64,000 nucleotides of DNA from Paragordius varius (Eukaryota > Animalia > Nematomorpha). Below the pieces are notes generated by a model. The model ran no database searches. It saw only the letters and a program-made list of their open reading frames with translations, and was not told the DNA's origin. Below are positions 25,938 to 39,456 of this stretch, one piece after another; the first letter of the stretch is position 1; every line of letters begins with the position of its first letter. A program made the position numbers and the translations under genes. The stretch spans positions 2,542,001-2,606,000 of the forward strand of contig OZ176050.1 of the NCBI GenBank assembly GCA_964247055.1, read 5' to 3'.

Positions 25938-27865
25938 CAGTGGTACTCACCAAAAAAATTTGACGGGCCAAATAAAATATATTTTTTTTTGAGGGCCATG
26001 AACCGTATAATCGCAAATATTCCATAGTTATTTGACACATATACACATATTTGAACTCTAAATCAGCACAATGAATTTTTTGCATATTGCATTTAAATCT
26101 AGCTTAAAACTCGTTTTCCACCATTTAGTTTAAAAAATTAATAACTTTGATAACAACATTTATTTTGATATTAACCAATAATTTTTGACAAATTTGGTTT
26201 CGCCTCATAACAGAAAACACGTCGTCCATATGACCAATTTCTGTATTCTTAACATACTTCATTAATGAATATGCCGCACGTATAAGTTGAGGTAAATTGA
26301 GCAAATTGGAATCATTTAAAATCTACGAATTTTTTAATGATATGCGTCTGATCAAAACGAAATGCTCAAGTTCCTTAATAATGGATATATCCATAAGCCA
26401 TGGATTTTAATTTTAAGCATTTAATATTTCTTTATTTTTGAAAACTGAATTTCATCTCATTAGAAAAATGTTAAATGATTGCCTATTATTATAATCTCCC
26501 CGGTAAATTCCATATTTTCTTTATGAATCGTTTTAAGTGTTGGAAAATATCTGGGAGAAAGCTATAGACATAATAGATTTTTCTTTCTAGTATAATTCCT
26601 TATTTCATATTTTTCGTTTCTTTCCTCATGATTTTCTGGTGATGTAAAATGATTTTCAATATTGTATTTTTTTAGAATTATGTTGTCCTTACATATATGG
26701 CAGGCAACAACATTTTTATTTAAAATGACAAAGAATTCCTTCATTCTTTTTTAAAGAAGCGATTTTCATCGGATAATTAACGTTTTTTAGCATTAGATCC
26801 TTTAAATTAATGTTTAATTATTATGTAATTTTTTTCAAAAAAATAGGAATATAATTTGAATTATGCAATAAAAAAACAGATTAAAATTTAATGATGTTGA
26901 TTTGTAAAATATTTTATGGGAATGAGTTATATAAAATTATGGAGGATAGCAATGAAAAGATGTATATGTAAGTTTGGGTGAAAGGTTTGCTTAATACTTC
27001 GATTCAAATTGGGGTATCTAAATATCCCGGACTATATTTATTATATTTGTAAAAAACTACTGAAAGATATGGTCCCAATTTAGATTTATGCTTCTATCCT
27101 AATCAAAATTATATAAATAAGCCGAAATATGAAAAATAAAATTTGGTTTTGAAAAAAAGTTCCATATCAAACTACTTCGACGCCATTTTTTTCACAACAT
27201 TTTTGCAAATTATCATGTTTATTTTTTTAAAGCTAAATTGAAAGCTAATTTTTCATTTAAATCACATCGAACATTGATAGAAAAAGAAAAAATGGTTTAT
27301 TTTTAAATTTTGCTAATGCACACATGTCATGTTGACTAATTTCATACCTTGAGGTTTTAGCTAAAAATAAGTAATATCCAGGATTTTGAATGAAATTTTT
27401 ATCTATTTCGGGTCTATAATGTAATAAATGTGCAAATTTTTGCCAAGGTTTCAATTTATTCCATATTTTTTGAAATAATTTTAAACAGGCCTGGGGTATC
27501 CAACTACCACAATTTTAATCGAAGGACTAAAATGAATGTATTGTATCCAAGTTAAATACAAAAAAAGGAATGCAATTCAAAATAGAAAATAGAATATAGA
27601 AACAGAAACAACGTGTGCCAAAATTTTGAAATTATTTTATAATGTAGGGAAATTTTTCCATATTTCATATTGAATAAAAAATAAAAATTACCAAAATTAA
27701 ATCTAAAGAAATAAATTAATATTAAAATAAGCGAAAATTCGTTTGTGTGTATTTTAAAAATTTTTCAAATAAAAAAATAATTTAAGTATCAATATGGTCA
27801 TAAGGCAATTTTAAAGCACTCTTAGGGCCGCATGCGGCCCGCGGGCCGCGGTTCGAGTATCACTG
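25938..27865 (-). mobile_element. Decayed hAT (Buster/Charlie/SPIN-like) element
   Basis: Perfect 8-bp TSD CGCTAGAC at 25930-25937 and 27866-27873. TIRs CAGTGGTACTC and CAGTGATACTC. GC-rich subterminal palindrome GGGCCGCATGCGGCCC. BED-like zinc-finger remnant FFVILNKNVVACHICKDNIILKKYNIENHF at 26562-26744 (minus). Confidence 0.88.
26995..27551 (-). mobile_element. piggyBac-like MITE, inverted copy nested inside the hAT
   Basis: Reverse-complement homologue of 24935-25466, flanked by TTAA at 26991-26994 and 27552-27555. Confidence 0.75.
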
Positions 27866-28819
27866 CGCTAGACCATCAGTAAATTTTAAGGCTTTCATAT
27901 GTTTTCCTAATATCAAAGCATTTTTAAATATTTAAAAATTATAAAATAATATTGATACGGTACAAAAGCATGGTAATTTATTAAAAACAGCATTGCTTTG
28001 CGAAAAAGAGCACAAGAATCCATAATTATGTGTGTGTTAGAATTAAATTATATAATCAAGGAGAACATATCAGTCTATTTTTAATATGTGGGCATATGAT
28101 AAGTGTAGTAATTTAGCCATTAAAAGAATTATTGATAGCGTATATCTTTTTTTTTCATAAAAAAACTTGAGTTAATGCGAACGAACTTTACAGAAATATT
28201 TGACGATATATATTATTATACTAGCATAAAACTGTTTTAATTACCATCAATCGGAGTTACCTTATAATATAAAATTTAAATCACCAGCCATTTTTTTTAT
28301 TAAATCAATAACTTTTTTTAAAATTTCCTTCTATACCATTTAATTACTTACCATCAACATTCGGTCGACATGATTCTGTCTATTTATTATTGGCTTGAAT
28401 ATTCAAAATTTATATATAAATATAATTTCCCGATTTCGACCCATTATAAAAAAATGATCTATATAAGGTAACCTGCTTTACATGCTAATTAATTCCTATG
28501 CTGCCGCAAGAAAGGGTTTTATATATTAATTTTACAAAATATTTTGATATTTAGGGTTAAAAATTGTATTTTTTAATGGAAATACTCAAAGTAGTCTTAA
28601 ATAGTTAAATATCAATGTAAAATCTATATATGCTATGAACTATACTTTAATTATATATTGATGCAAACTAAATAATTTATTTAAATTTATCTAAATTTGG
28701 TAAAATATTTCATGCAAAATTATTTCCTTTTCTGTTGATTCATGGCTTTATTGTGTTGTACTAAATAAAAAATAAAAAATATTAGTAAAAATTAAATTTT
28801 TTATTAATAATTGAATTAC

Positions 28820-29500
28820 TTCCACTTTGGCTCAGCATTGAATTGAGTTGAAAACCTGCGGGTCTATTGTTAGTGTTGCTCATTATTCCGTAGATGCCAG
28901 CTACATATATCCAATTATATTAACATCAATATTTCCCACGCTTTTCATGTTAAATTACATCGAACCTTTGTGGTTTATGTTTTCGAATCAAAAATTTTTA
29001 AGTTTTTAACGCTTAAACAATCTTTGGGTTAATAATTAATGCAGTATGAGTAAAATAAGTTTTTTAATATTGTAAGTTAGCATTTAGAAAAATAGATAAT
29101 ACCTATTTCGCATCATAAATTATTATTCATCTGGCAAAAATTTTAAATTTAAAAAGCTAGCAAAATATATATTTTTACTTATATTGTAAATATCTTATCA
29201 TGTTGTTCAAAATAACCTGATGGATCAAATGGGGGGGATGGTTTAGGCTCAGTTTTGGGCTCTGTGGCGATTGGTTTAGCCTGAATAAAAGATTGTACCT
29301 GCATTCCGTGTGGCATGTTATGACTCGCGCCAAACACATGTTGTGAAGATCCGATTGGTGCTTCTAATCAACAAGGCAAAAACTTATAAAATTATTAACA
29401 ATTCTAACTATAATTTATACAACAGCATAAGAAATTTTTTATATCATATGTTAATTATTTTATTAATTTTACTTTGGGAGTTTTCTGCTGCTCTAAGGTC
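28820..29500 (-). CDS. Orphan gene B, paralogue of gene A, both ends unresolved
   Basis: Exons 29500-29473, 29363-29217, 28900-28820: DLRAAENSQKAPIGSSQHVFGASHNMPHGMQVQSFIQAKPIATEPKTEPKPSPPFDPSAGIYGIMSNTNNRPAGFQLNSMLSQSG. Same exon phases as gene A and an identical 81-nt exon length. Confidence 0.6.
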
Positions 29501-30034
29501 CTGCATAGAGACAAAAATTAGGAAAACAGTAAATAGAAGCATTTGACAACGTAAAAGTATTAACGATAAATTTAGATAAAAATAGTTTATGAAAAAATCA
29601 AAAACTCAAATTATATTTATACTGATTTAATCGGTTATTTAATATCCTATATAATATTAGTGAAATGAAAATAACTCAAGGTTAAGTTGTAATTAAATAT
29701 GACAAATATTTGTACAGCGTTTTAATTAGGGCAGTAAATGGGTTATAGTATCTATTATATGGGAAAATGTATCAAATTAAACTTGGGTAAACATTAAAAT
29801 TAACTGTTAATTAAAACAAAAACCTTAAACCATTTGACGATAGTATTGTCTGGTTCAAACTAGTTTTTACGGTTAATGTAATTTTTTGGATTTATCATAT
29901 ACATGATAAAAAAATACTCTCGGCCTTATATATTTATTTTATGTAATAGTATAAAAATAATTATAAAGAGCGAAACGATATTAACTATTTATTTACATAA
30001 CAATCTACATCTTTTTTCAATTAAAGCTCTAGAA

Positions 30035-31905
30035 CAGGGGTGTCCAACACAAATGATTTGAAGAGCCACCTTTTCGACCTCAAAATTCCAAAGAGCCACT
30101 TTTTATTTATATATATCAAGACATTGGTAACAAATAAATTTATTATATTAAAATATAGATGTGCTAATTTTCATATCAAAAAGAACATAAACAGTATAAA
30201 TATAATAATGCTTTGCGAATTAAATTATATCAATGTGTAAAAAAAAGATAAAAATACATGGATATGGTAAACTTATTGAATTCGATAGTATGACTAGAAG
30301 AGACTGTGGCGAATTTAATCGCCAAAATGTAACCTTTTTTTATCTAATAAAAATAAAATAAATAAATATTTTTCATTGCATAATTAAATTTTTAATGGGA
30401 TATTTGTTTTGTTATTTTTTTGCTCAATTTATTCACAATATTTGATACAGCACATCTCAATTCATTATCCAAGTTTTCATCAGTTAATAAAGAATGTGAA
30501 AGAGATTTTGTGTATTTAGAAAAAAAACTTTAACAAAGATAATTGGACCCAAAAGACAAATTAATCTTTGTGCAAATCTTAAAATAGGAAATTTATCAAA
30601 CATTATATATTTTTTATAAAATTCAATTTTATTGTTTGCCCAAATAATAATTTTAATTCATTATTGGATTGCAAATCTAGTAATTCCATTTGTAAATTAA
30701 TAGGAGCCTTGATCGCTTCAACGTAAAATGGACAACAAAATAAATCAAATATTTTTTCATATTTTGTCACCCGTATCGATTAATAAAAGCTTTTGATAAT
30801 AGGTTAATTTGATCTGCATATTTTGAAAAATCGTTAGTTTTACCAGATTAAAATCTATTCGATTCTGAAAAATGTTCAGCATTATTTTTTTAAATGGCAT
30901 ACAAATAACGTCAATTTTTTACAAAACGCTTTAATATGGTTATTCGCATCAACAATTAAATTATCTTGCTTTTGCAAGGATTCATTTAATTGATTTAGTT
31001 TTTCGGTAATATCTAGGGAAAAGCATGAATCTGACAACCAATCTTCATTGGTTTATTCCTCTGCCAAATAATTATTCTGCAATAGAAAAATATTTATTTC
31101 TTTTAATAAATAATACAACCTTTTTAGACATTTCCCTCGACAAAGCCACCTTACATTTGAAAAAAATATAAGATCTCCCTATTCAAAATGAATTTTTTTT
31201 TAATAACTCCTTAAACTGCCTATGCTTCAAAGCATGAGATTTTAAAAATTAACTACTTTAATAACAACGGTCATAACATTGTCCATTGTCAGAGCATGTG
31301 CTCAGCGATTTTCACGGTAAATCATGCAATGCATTATAATATATGGTCAATATTAATACCATCGGATTCCATCTTATTTAACAATAAATTCACGGCTCCC
31401 TTGTTTTTCTCATCATAGCTGGGGTACCATCTTTCGTCAAACAAGATAGCGCCCTCATATTTAATTTATTGTCCTCAATACATTTTAAAATTGCATGAAA
31501 CATATCATCTCCCTTAGTTGTATTTTTCATCGGAAGTATAAGCCTAACATATCTTCTGTTATATTAAAAAACTCATCTGGTATGAAAGCTAAATAAATTA
31601 TTTTAAATACCTATTTTTTGCAAGTAATTTAATGTTTTAATTTAATGTAAAAGTTATCATCTTGAAGTTTGAAATAACATGCAGGAAAAAATGTGTTTTA
31701 TAAATGATTAAATGAATGCGATGATAGATATTTACACTAAAGAATTTTATTAAAAGTTTCAAAATAATTTAAATGACAAAATAAAAATGCATAATTTACT
31801 TATAAAAAATTTTAAAATTAGAAATTATTTTTTTTTAAAAAAAAATTTTTTTAAAATTTTCAATGAGCCACTAGTGGCTCGCGAGTACCCTGTTGGACAC
31901 CCCTG
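30035..31905 (-). mobile_element. Decayed hAT (Buster/SPIN/Charlie-like) element, 1871 bp
   Basis: 15-bp TIR CAGGGGTGTCCAACA. TSDs CTCTAGAA and TTCTAGAA (7/8 match). Transposase remnants NTTKGDDMFHAILKCIEDNKLNMRALSCLTKDGTPAMM, MDNVMTVVIKVVNF and WLSRE. Confidence 0.9.
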
Positions 31906-32310
31906 TTCTAGAATATGGGTGGATGCTCAATACGCGCCCCGATGACCCGCAAAAACTTGGAAAACCATATTTAGCTTAAATTTGCTTACAATCATATTTA
32001 TATTTCTTATACAACTCTTCTGACTAAATCTATCCGATTGGCAACGACTAGAAAAATGTCATATATTGTGTTTGTTGTATTTGTCTTTTGTTTGAATATA
32101 ATATTTATTAATGCTCATATATGGTTCTAGTGTAGCCCGCGCAGCCATTTTTGTTAAAACACCCTTGCCCTAGAGACATATATACATATAACAATGTTAA
32201 AAGCACTACAAAAATTATATTTGAATTTTATATAGCATATTTCGGTAATCACATCTCCGAATTTGTTGGGTTGGCTAAGTTTAGGGTGTTTCAAATTTAT
32301 TATGTTATAC

Positions 32311-32746
32311 TATACCATTTTTCAATTTCACCCTTAAACAATTCAAAATTACCCTTGAACAATTCAAATTCACCATCGAACAATTCAAATTCACCCTCGA
32401 ACAATTCAAATTCACCCTTGAACAATTCAAATTCACCCTCAAATAAAATATATGTTTTTTAAGATTAAAAATTACCTATATATATATTTTTTTAAAAAAT
32501 AAAAATTCTATTTTAAATTAAAATAATACTTAAAAAATAATAAACTATACCATAAACATATATTTTATATTAATAATGAAATATATTAGTTCGAAAACAC
32601 ATAATTTATTTTTAGGGTGAATTTGAATTGTTCAAAGGTGAATTTGAATTGTTCAAAGGTGAATTTGAATTGCTCGAGGGTGAATTTGAAATGTTCGAGG
32701 GTGAATTTGAATTGTTCAAGGGTGAATTTGAACTGTAAATGGTATA
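32311..32746. mobile_element. Foldback-like MITE whose arms are built of about 6 x 21-bp units each
   Basis: TATACCATTT ... AAATGGTATA termini. Unit about AACAATTCAAATTCACCCTYG at 32320-32441, inverted at 32615-32735. Confidence 0.75.
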
Positions 32747-33984
32747 TCTAAGGATAGATAATCGATTAAACATGTGTATGTCTTTGTCCTTATAACCTTA
32801 TTATAATATTTATTTAAAAAATATATATACAATATAAACTGGCATAGACAGAATCGAGTTAACAGAAGCCTTAACACAACCCTAGTTTTTTCTCAATAAA
32901 AAATTTAAAGGAGCAGGGTTATTTAAAAAATAAGATTGAAATATATCATTTTTTAAAATCCTATCAAGTTTTATAAAAAAATTTGATTTATTACAGACTT
33001 AATTGCTTCATGGGCCGTAATATTTGTATAACAGTCTAATTCTATTGTTATTAAATATATTACGATTTCATGTGCTAACTACTGAACTTTAACAGTCTCA
33101 AAAATGGTACTTTCATGTATCCGTTCTCTCAAAACTCAATTTTGGCCATTGCATAATTATAAATATAAAAACAATCATTCTGCAATATCTAGGAGTCACT
33201 TTATATATAAATTAGGTGTCAAAAATTGTAAATATTTATTGAACTCCCTATCAAAAAGGGGATTGATTGATAATGACTTTTAATCAAGATGCGTTATTTG
33301 TAGAAATAGACGCTATCTTGTCTACACCAACTATGCATTTCTATAAAGCCCTCTATATTTTATTATATTATTATCAATAAATTTGTGTTAACACTATATT
33401 AATATATCATCGCAATTTTAAAACTGTGTACGATTTCATATTCATACTTAATATTAATCAATTAGGTTTATATTTCACATTTAATTTTTATCAATCATGA
33501 CATCACATATTTATTATCTTTTTCGAAACTATTTGTCATATAAAAAAATTTGATACTCAATTAATGTTTAACAGCAAATTTCATCTCATCATTAGTTGCC
33601 TATTTATTTAACAAACAATGGCTAAAAAACCATAGATTGTTCATTTATAATCTTTTAAAATGTACAATTGACCTACATATATTGATTTAAGTATTTTTGA
33701 ATGATAAATTAATCATTGTAATAAAATAACAAGTTAATCTACATTCAGTCCAATTAATAAGATTTTTTAGTCTAGATATTATTTTGAAGATAATAAAAGA
33801 AACAATTTATTCTTAAGTCAGTACGAAAAATTAGTATCAATAATAAAACAAATAAAATAAGAGCCGGTTTCAATCATATTTAAAATGGATCAAATTCATT
33901 TATCATATATACAACTGTTAGAAATATATCTTTGTCCAGTATATAATAAATATTTTAAAGTTTTGGAAAATCATTATAAATATA

Positions 33985-35037
33985 CCAGGTGTAGTCATAG
34001 GTCTTTAAGAAAAACACTTATTTTGAAGAAAAATCAACTGTTTTATTCAAAATATTGTTAATCGCCTGCTACATATTTCGCCCATCTCTCCAGTAATGTT
34101 TAAATCTGTGCCATAAAAACTAATTGTTTTTTGGCTGACCATATATCGAGCCGTTTTCCAACGGCTTCCAAAATATTAAAGTGATGCTCTGCGAGCGTCT
34201 GCCTTATAATACGAAGAGGCAACAATCAGATGGGACCAGGTTAGGAGACTGTAGCGGATGCGTAAGAATTTCCCATCGACATCATTTTGGGTATCTTTAC
34301 TGGATTTTCTCTATGAGACGGATCATTGTCCCTTTACTATGTCTTCTGGCCCATCTAGTCGTTTTAATCATAAGTTGATGCACACAATACCGCGCTGTCT
34401 CACATACACAGAGCAAAATCTTCATGCTAGAGCGATTTTGCGTTGGTTTGATACAACCAGTTTGGCAAGGTGAAAGCTATAAGTTTTTCAGTTTTGGATG
34501 TCAAAAAGCCACTTCTTATCGCCCGTCTTAGCTTTTTCAAAAAATGATTTCCTTTCGTGACAAGCAGGATTTCAGTGATTTTATGATTTTTAATTTGACG
34601 TTCCTTCAAATTGTGGATCTGATCGTAGGCATATATTGATTGTTTTTTGTATTAGATGTAATATCTGTCAATAATTGTTAAGTTTGAGTTGGGTTATCAT
34701 CAAATAACTCTTGCACTTTAGAGTCATTACAGTTGTGTGGAAACACACCTTTTCATATAAAAAAAACTTTTTAATATTATAACAAGCTTCAAATATGCTA
34801 ATCGAAAGAGCATATTCCATATGTTTTTGCCAGAAAGCGATAACTATCAACAGACATTTTGATGGAACCAGAAAAGCAATGAGTGTCGCAAAGGCTCTTT
34901 GTTTGGAACGAAATTCGACATATTTAAAGATAAAAAAAGATGCTACTTTTTGGTGACAAAATGGCGCAGGTCAAATTCGTCTGCGTACATTTCGTTGAGG
35001 GCTTTTTATTTAAAGCCGGACTCATGACTACACCTTG
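33985..35037 (-). mobile_element. Decayed Mos1-like mariner with both TIRs and TA target
   Basis: TA|CCAGGTGTAGTCAT ... ATGACTACACCTTG|TA. Fragments MSNFVPNKE, HNLKERQ, WEILTHPLQSPNLVPSDCCLF and LLERWAKYVAGD*QYFE*. Confidence 0.92.
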
Positions 35038-36585
35038 TATTTTTTATAAATAAAAACTTATTATCTAGGAAAAATATTATAAGTTTATTAGACCAAATAA
35101 TTGTGTTCGTCTATAGATGTTTAAAAAATGCACATATTTAAGGTTAAAATAGAAATATTCATGACCAGCCCTTCTTTAACGTACGTTTCAGCTACTTACA
35201 TCAAATTGTGGCAAAAATATTCTTGAGAATTAAGATTTAATGAATGAGAAAAGAATTAAAAATCATTTCGAATTCTCTTAAAACGTCACTTTGACGGTGT
35301 AAAAATTTATTATAAATATAAAATCTTGGATAAAAATAATTACTTCCTTAATAATATAATTCATTAATCATCCATATTGCCTTTAATTTTTACCGGTTTT
35401 TTATCATGTTTTATAGATATTGTAACTGATATATGTTTAGTTTTCCTGTTAAACAATTGTTTGTGTTTTTTATGTGAAAAAAAAAACGATTCAATTAATA
35501 CGGAAAAAACTGTAAAAAAGTAAAATCCGCTTCCCCTAAGCTTTTTCTTATTGTGTCTTTAACACTTTTTATCAATTATATACAACATAAATATAAAAGT
35601 ACATATAAAAATTATATATTATGATGAATAACTATGGTAATGAAATAAATATAAAGGTACATAAAATGATGCAGGTATATAATAATATTAAATAATTTCA
35701 AATCCCTTTATAAATTTAATATTGATATTACTTACTAATATGCATGTGTGTGAGAAATGTTTTTTTAAAAAAATATTTTGTCATAGAATAAATATTCGAA
35801 TGCACGAATTTTATAAAATTTTAAATTTTTTTCTATGATTTTTGCCAAAAATACTTTTGTATGCCATAATAAAAAACGCTACCAGTTAATTCATCAAATT
35901 TAGTCTGAAAAAATTATATTTACATTATCAACAGACTCAGAGGAGACAAAGTCATATATGCCAAAACTCTGAAAGAAAGCGAATTCCGGTGCACCACACT
36001 AATTATTCCCGATTTGTTGTTAATTAAATAATTGTTCGCTATTTTCCTACCAAAAAAAATTATTATGGGAACAATTCGAAGAAAAGAATCTTTCAACCAA
36101 GAATACTGTACTAATTATTATTCAACTAGAAGTTTTATGTGCGAAAATTTTGTATTATTCCGCATCTCTTTAGTGTTTTGTCGTTCAAGCTTACATTTCG
36201 CATTATTTTCCTAAACATATACTATTTTTTCATCTATTTAAACTTTTCCTTTTTTAGTTGTTACATTTTACATTAATGGGGGGAAAAATATGAAATAATT
36301 ATTTTTACCAATACCTTATCTGATTATAAATTAATAAAAAATCCTGGAAAATTTGAAATATTACAACATGCCTCTACCATACATGTTTGCATTATTATGA
36401 TTCTACCTGTACTTACAGTTTTATTTCGATTTCTAAATTAGATACATGCTTATCATCTTGATAAGCGAATTGAAATTTTTTTTGGCAATTTATCTATCAA
36501 ATTTATATTCCGCTCATGATGTAAATAATACCCTTTGAATGATTCCATGCACTTTTCTTTGGCCCTATAAAATTAATATATTCTA

Positions 36586-39420
36586 ATGTTAGACCAAACA
36601 GGATTACGGAGGATTACTACTTTACTCATTGTAAGTTACAATTATTTTCATTTTTTTATTTAAATATATTTTGGTCATCTCTGCATTAAAAGCTAAACTT
36701 TTAAATAGTGTTATCTAGTTATACGCTTCATTTCATTATTATCAATTAATATTTAATAAAACAACTTTCATTTATTTTAAGAACTTTTTTTGAAATCCTT
36801 TTTTTGATATCTCAATGACGCCGACCACACAACAATATTTTAATATTGGTTTTTTATGATTACAATCGAGTGAAAGTATAAATAAAGAATGCGATACATT
36901 TAGTTCAAAAATATTGCAACAAATAAATATATATTATTTTATTTAAACAAACCATTTGTGCATTATTAAAGAGTACTTACAAGTGGTACATGCAAAGGTA
37001 CGTACTTAAACAATTTATCTAACTAATGTAATCCCTTTCAAAAAAAATCTCTTAGAATCTCTAAGATTTACACAGGTAAAAATGTACCTTTGAGGCATTC
37101 TTTTGATATTTATTGCTAATACAAACGATTTTGTATCAATTACCTACATGTCGATATATATACACATCTAATTCCTTGTAATTAAATGGATAATAAAAAA
37201 TATTTTTTAAAAATATTATCATAATTTTTTTTGTAGATTTTAATATATTTATTAATTTCGTCGAAAATAATATTATTTTAAACATCAAAATTTAATTATA
37301 TTTGCATCGTATAAATGACATCACTGACATATGCCATGACATAAAAATTGGATAAAAACAAAATATTAAAATATTAAATTGACTTAATTGGTCAAGTTAA
37401 AGAGATTAGTAGGTTAATAATTTTCTTTGTTCAATTTACCATTAGGAATTTCAAACTTTTTTAAATTATAATAGGCTGACATGGATTGTTACAAAATCAA
37501 TTTTTTATATAAATGGTATAATTTTGATATTTCGAAAGCAGAATTAACTTTATTTGTATAAAACCCGCTCTTGGCCTATTCGATTTTAATAATTTAGAAA
37601 GACAAATGTTGAAATAAAAAATATAAGTCTTTTGCTATAATTTTGTGTTGAAAAGTATTGAAATTTTCTAAGAACATAAACTTTGAACTTTTTAATAAAA
37701 ATGAAAAAAATTCATATTTACACGTTTTTCCCTTTTTGTATTTTTTGTGACATTACTGACACAAAGAGCTTTTCAAGTCAAAAAATATATAAGATTTTAG
37801 CGCAATTTCGAAATCTTGAAAATAACTGTTAAGAATAGTTGCAAAGTATGGAATAATTTCACATTAAACTTGACATTAAAATTTTTATAATTATAAATAA
37901 AAAAAATTAAGTAAAATTGACATGACATATATTTATTTTGCTTATAAGGCAATGAAAATACATAAAATATGATTGGAAAAATCTATAAACAAAATGAAAT
38001 ATAAATTAATTAATTAAATTAATAAAAGGCTATATAAAAACTAGAAATAAAATTTATGGATTCTTATAATTCCAGAGTACGTCATCTTACATTCTTGAAT
38101 CTGTTTAACATTGAAAGTAACGTTTCCAAAATATGTTTAATAATTTATTTTCTTAAATTTAAGTCTACCTTAACGGTATAATATATTTGCTTTTTTGAAT
38201 ATATTTTCTGCCGTAGTAATATTTCAAAATTTTTAAAAATTTAAGCTCCTAAATCAAAAATGGACGGTCCATTTGAACAAATAAAATGAAAGCGGGACCT
38301 TTTTTAAAAAAAATCTTTTTAGAAACAGAATCGCTTGAAGCGCAACAGTTTTTACAAAAAAAAATTATGGAACCCAAATCAAAATCATTAATTAATGTAT
38401 GCTCTGAATTCTTAAAAATAGTCTACATTAGAGCAAAATTCATTTTCGAAAATGGATTATAAGGCATAGTTAAATTTTTCAAGGACATCATAATTAGATG
38501 TTTTAAATTAAACATGTATGTATATATATATGTGTGTAAATTAGGTATTCTCAAGTATCTCTTTGGCCGAATTAGCGAATTCCTTTAATGGGAACAATAA
38601 CGGAATATCAAATGCAATAAATCAAGACCCTTGGCCATCATCGCATTCTTCTATGGTATTTGTGGAAGGTTACAACTTTCACATGTTTAAGAATTTAATT
38701 ATAAAAACACTGTTTTTACCAATATTCAGAGAGTGCCTTTACATAATCTAGATTTTAAGGAGGCAAAACAATATATAAAATATGGGATAGACTACAATTA
38801 TAATCAATTTAAATTTCATTTTTATATTTTTATACAACAAATAGATATCCAACTTAAATGTGATAAAAATACGTTTCTCATTGATTTAACATTCACTCAA
38901 CCATTCTACGGCGTAGTTTATACCAAAGATAATTTTTTCGGGGGCACTCGATGCAAAACTGAAGGAAATGGTCAACGAAAAGTACAATTTGATGTTCAAT
39001 TCGATGGCTGTGGTTCTGTCAGACGGCAAGATGTAATATGATTTTAAAAATGATGTTTATTTCCTATATTCATCATTTAAAATTAAGTCCTTTCAAACAA
39101 TATATCATATAATATTATACTGGCAAATAAAATTTTTTCACTACACCAATCATTTTATGTTATGCGTTTGTAAAAATCAATACTATATAATATGTTTAGT
39201 ATACCGGTGTCATTTACCACGAAAATGTTATTGTCGTTAAGATTGAAAGAGCCTGGCCCATTATAACAACAGAAGATCGTGCATTTCGACTCATGTGTTG
39301 GCCAGTCCAAAAAATGAAAGATAAATTGATACAAAAACAAAGTGGAATTAATGTTCCGTAAGTTTATTTTTGGCAATTTATACAAAAAACTGTAAAATAA
39401 TTTTAACTTCCCACTAATTT

Positions 39421-39456
<36 letters not shown>

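Noticed and set aside
24935-27551. One large element with ~400-bp terminal inverted repeats
   Set aside because: Each arm has its own two TTAA-flanked ends, and the right one lies inside a TSD-bounded hAT. They are two independent MITE copies.
28350-28520. Candidate last exon of orphan gene B
   Set aside because: Several acceptors are possible, but none gives a peptide clearly homologous to the last exon of gene A.
32110-32150. Possible Helitron 3' end (GC-rich stretch plus CTAG; a similar 13-mer near 40276)
   Set aside because: No convincing hairpin, no A^T target, and no Rep/helicase remnant.
32320-32735. CRISPR-like array, and ORF 32151-32462 with NNSNSPS repeats
   Set aside because: The units are head-to-tail with no spacers, there are no cas genes and the context is eukaryotic. 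The peptide repeat is just the 21-bp unit read in frame.
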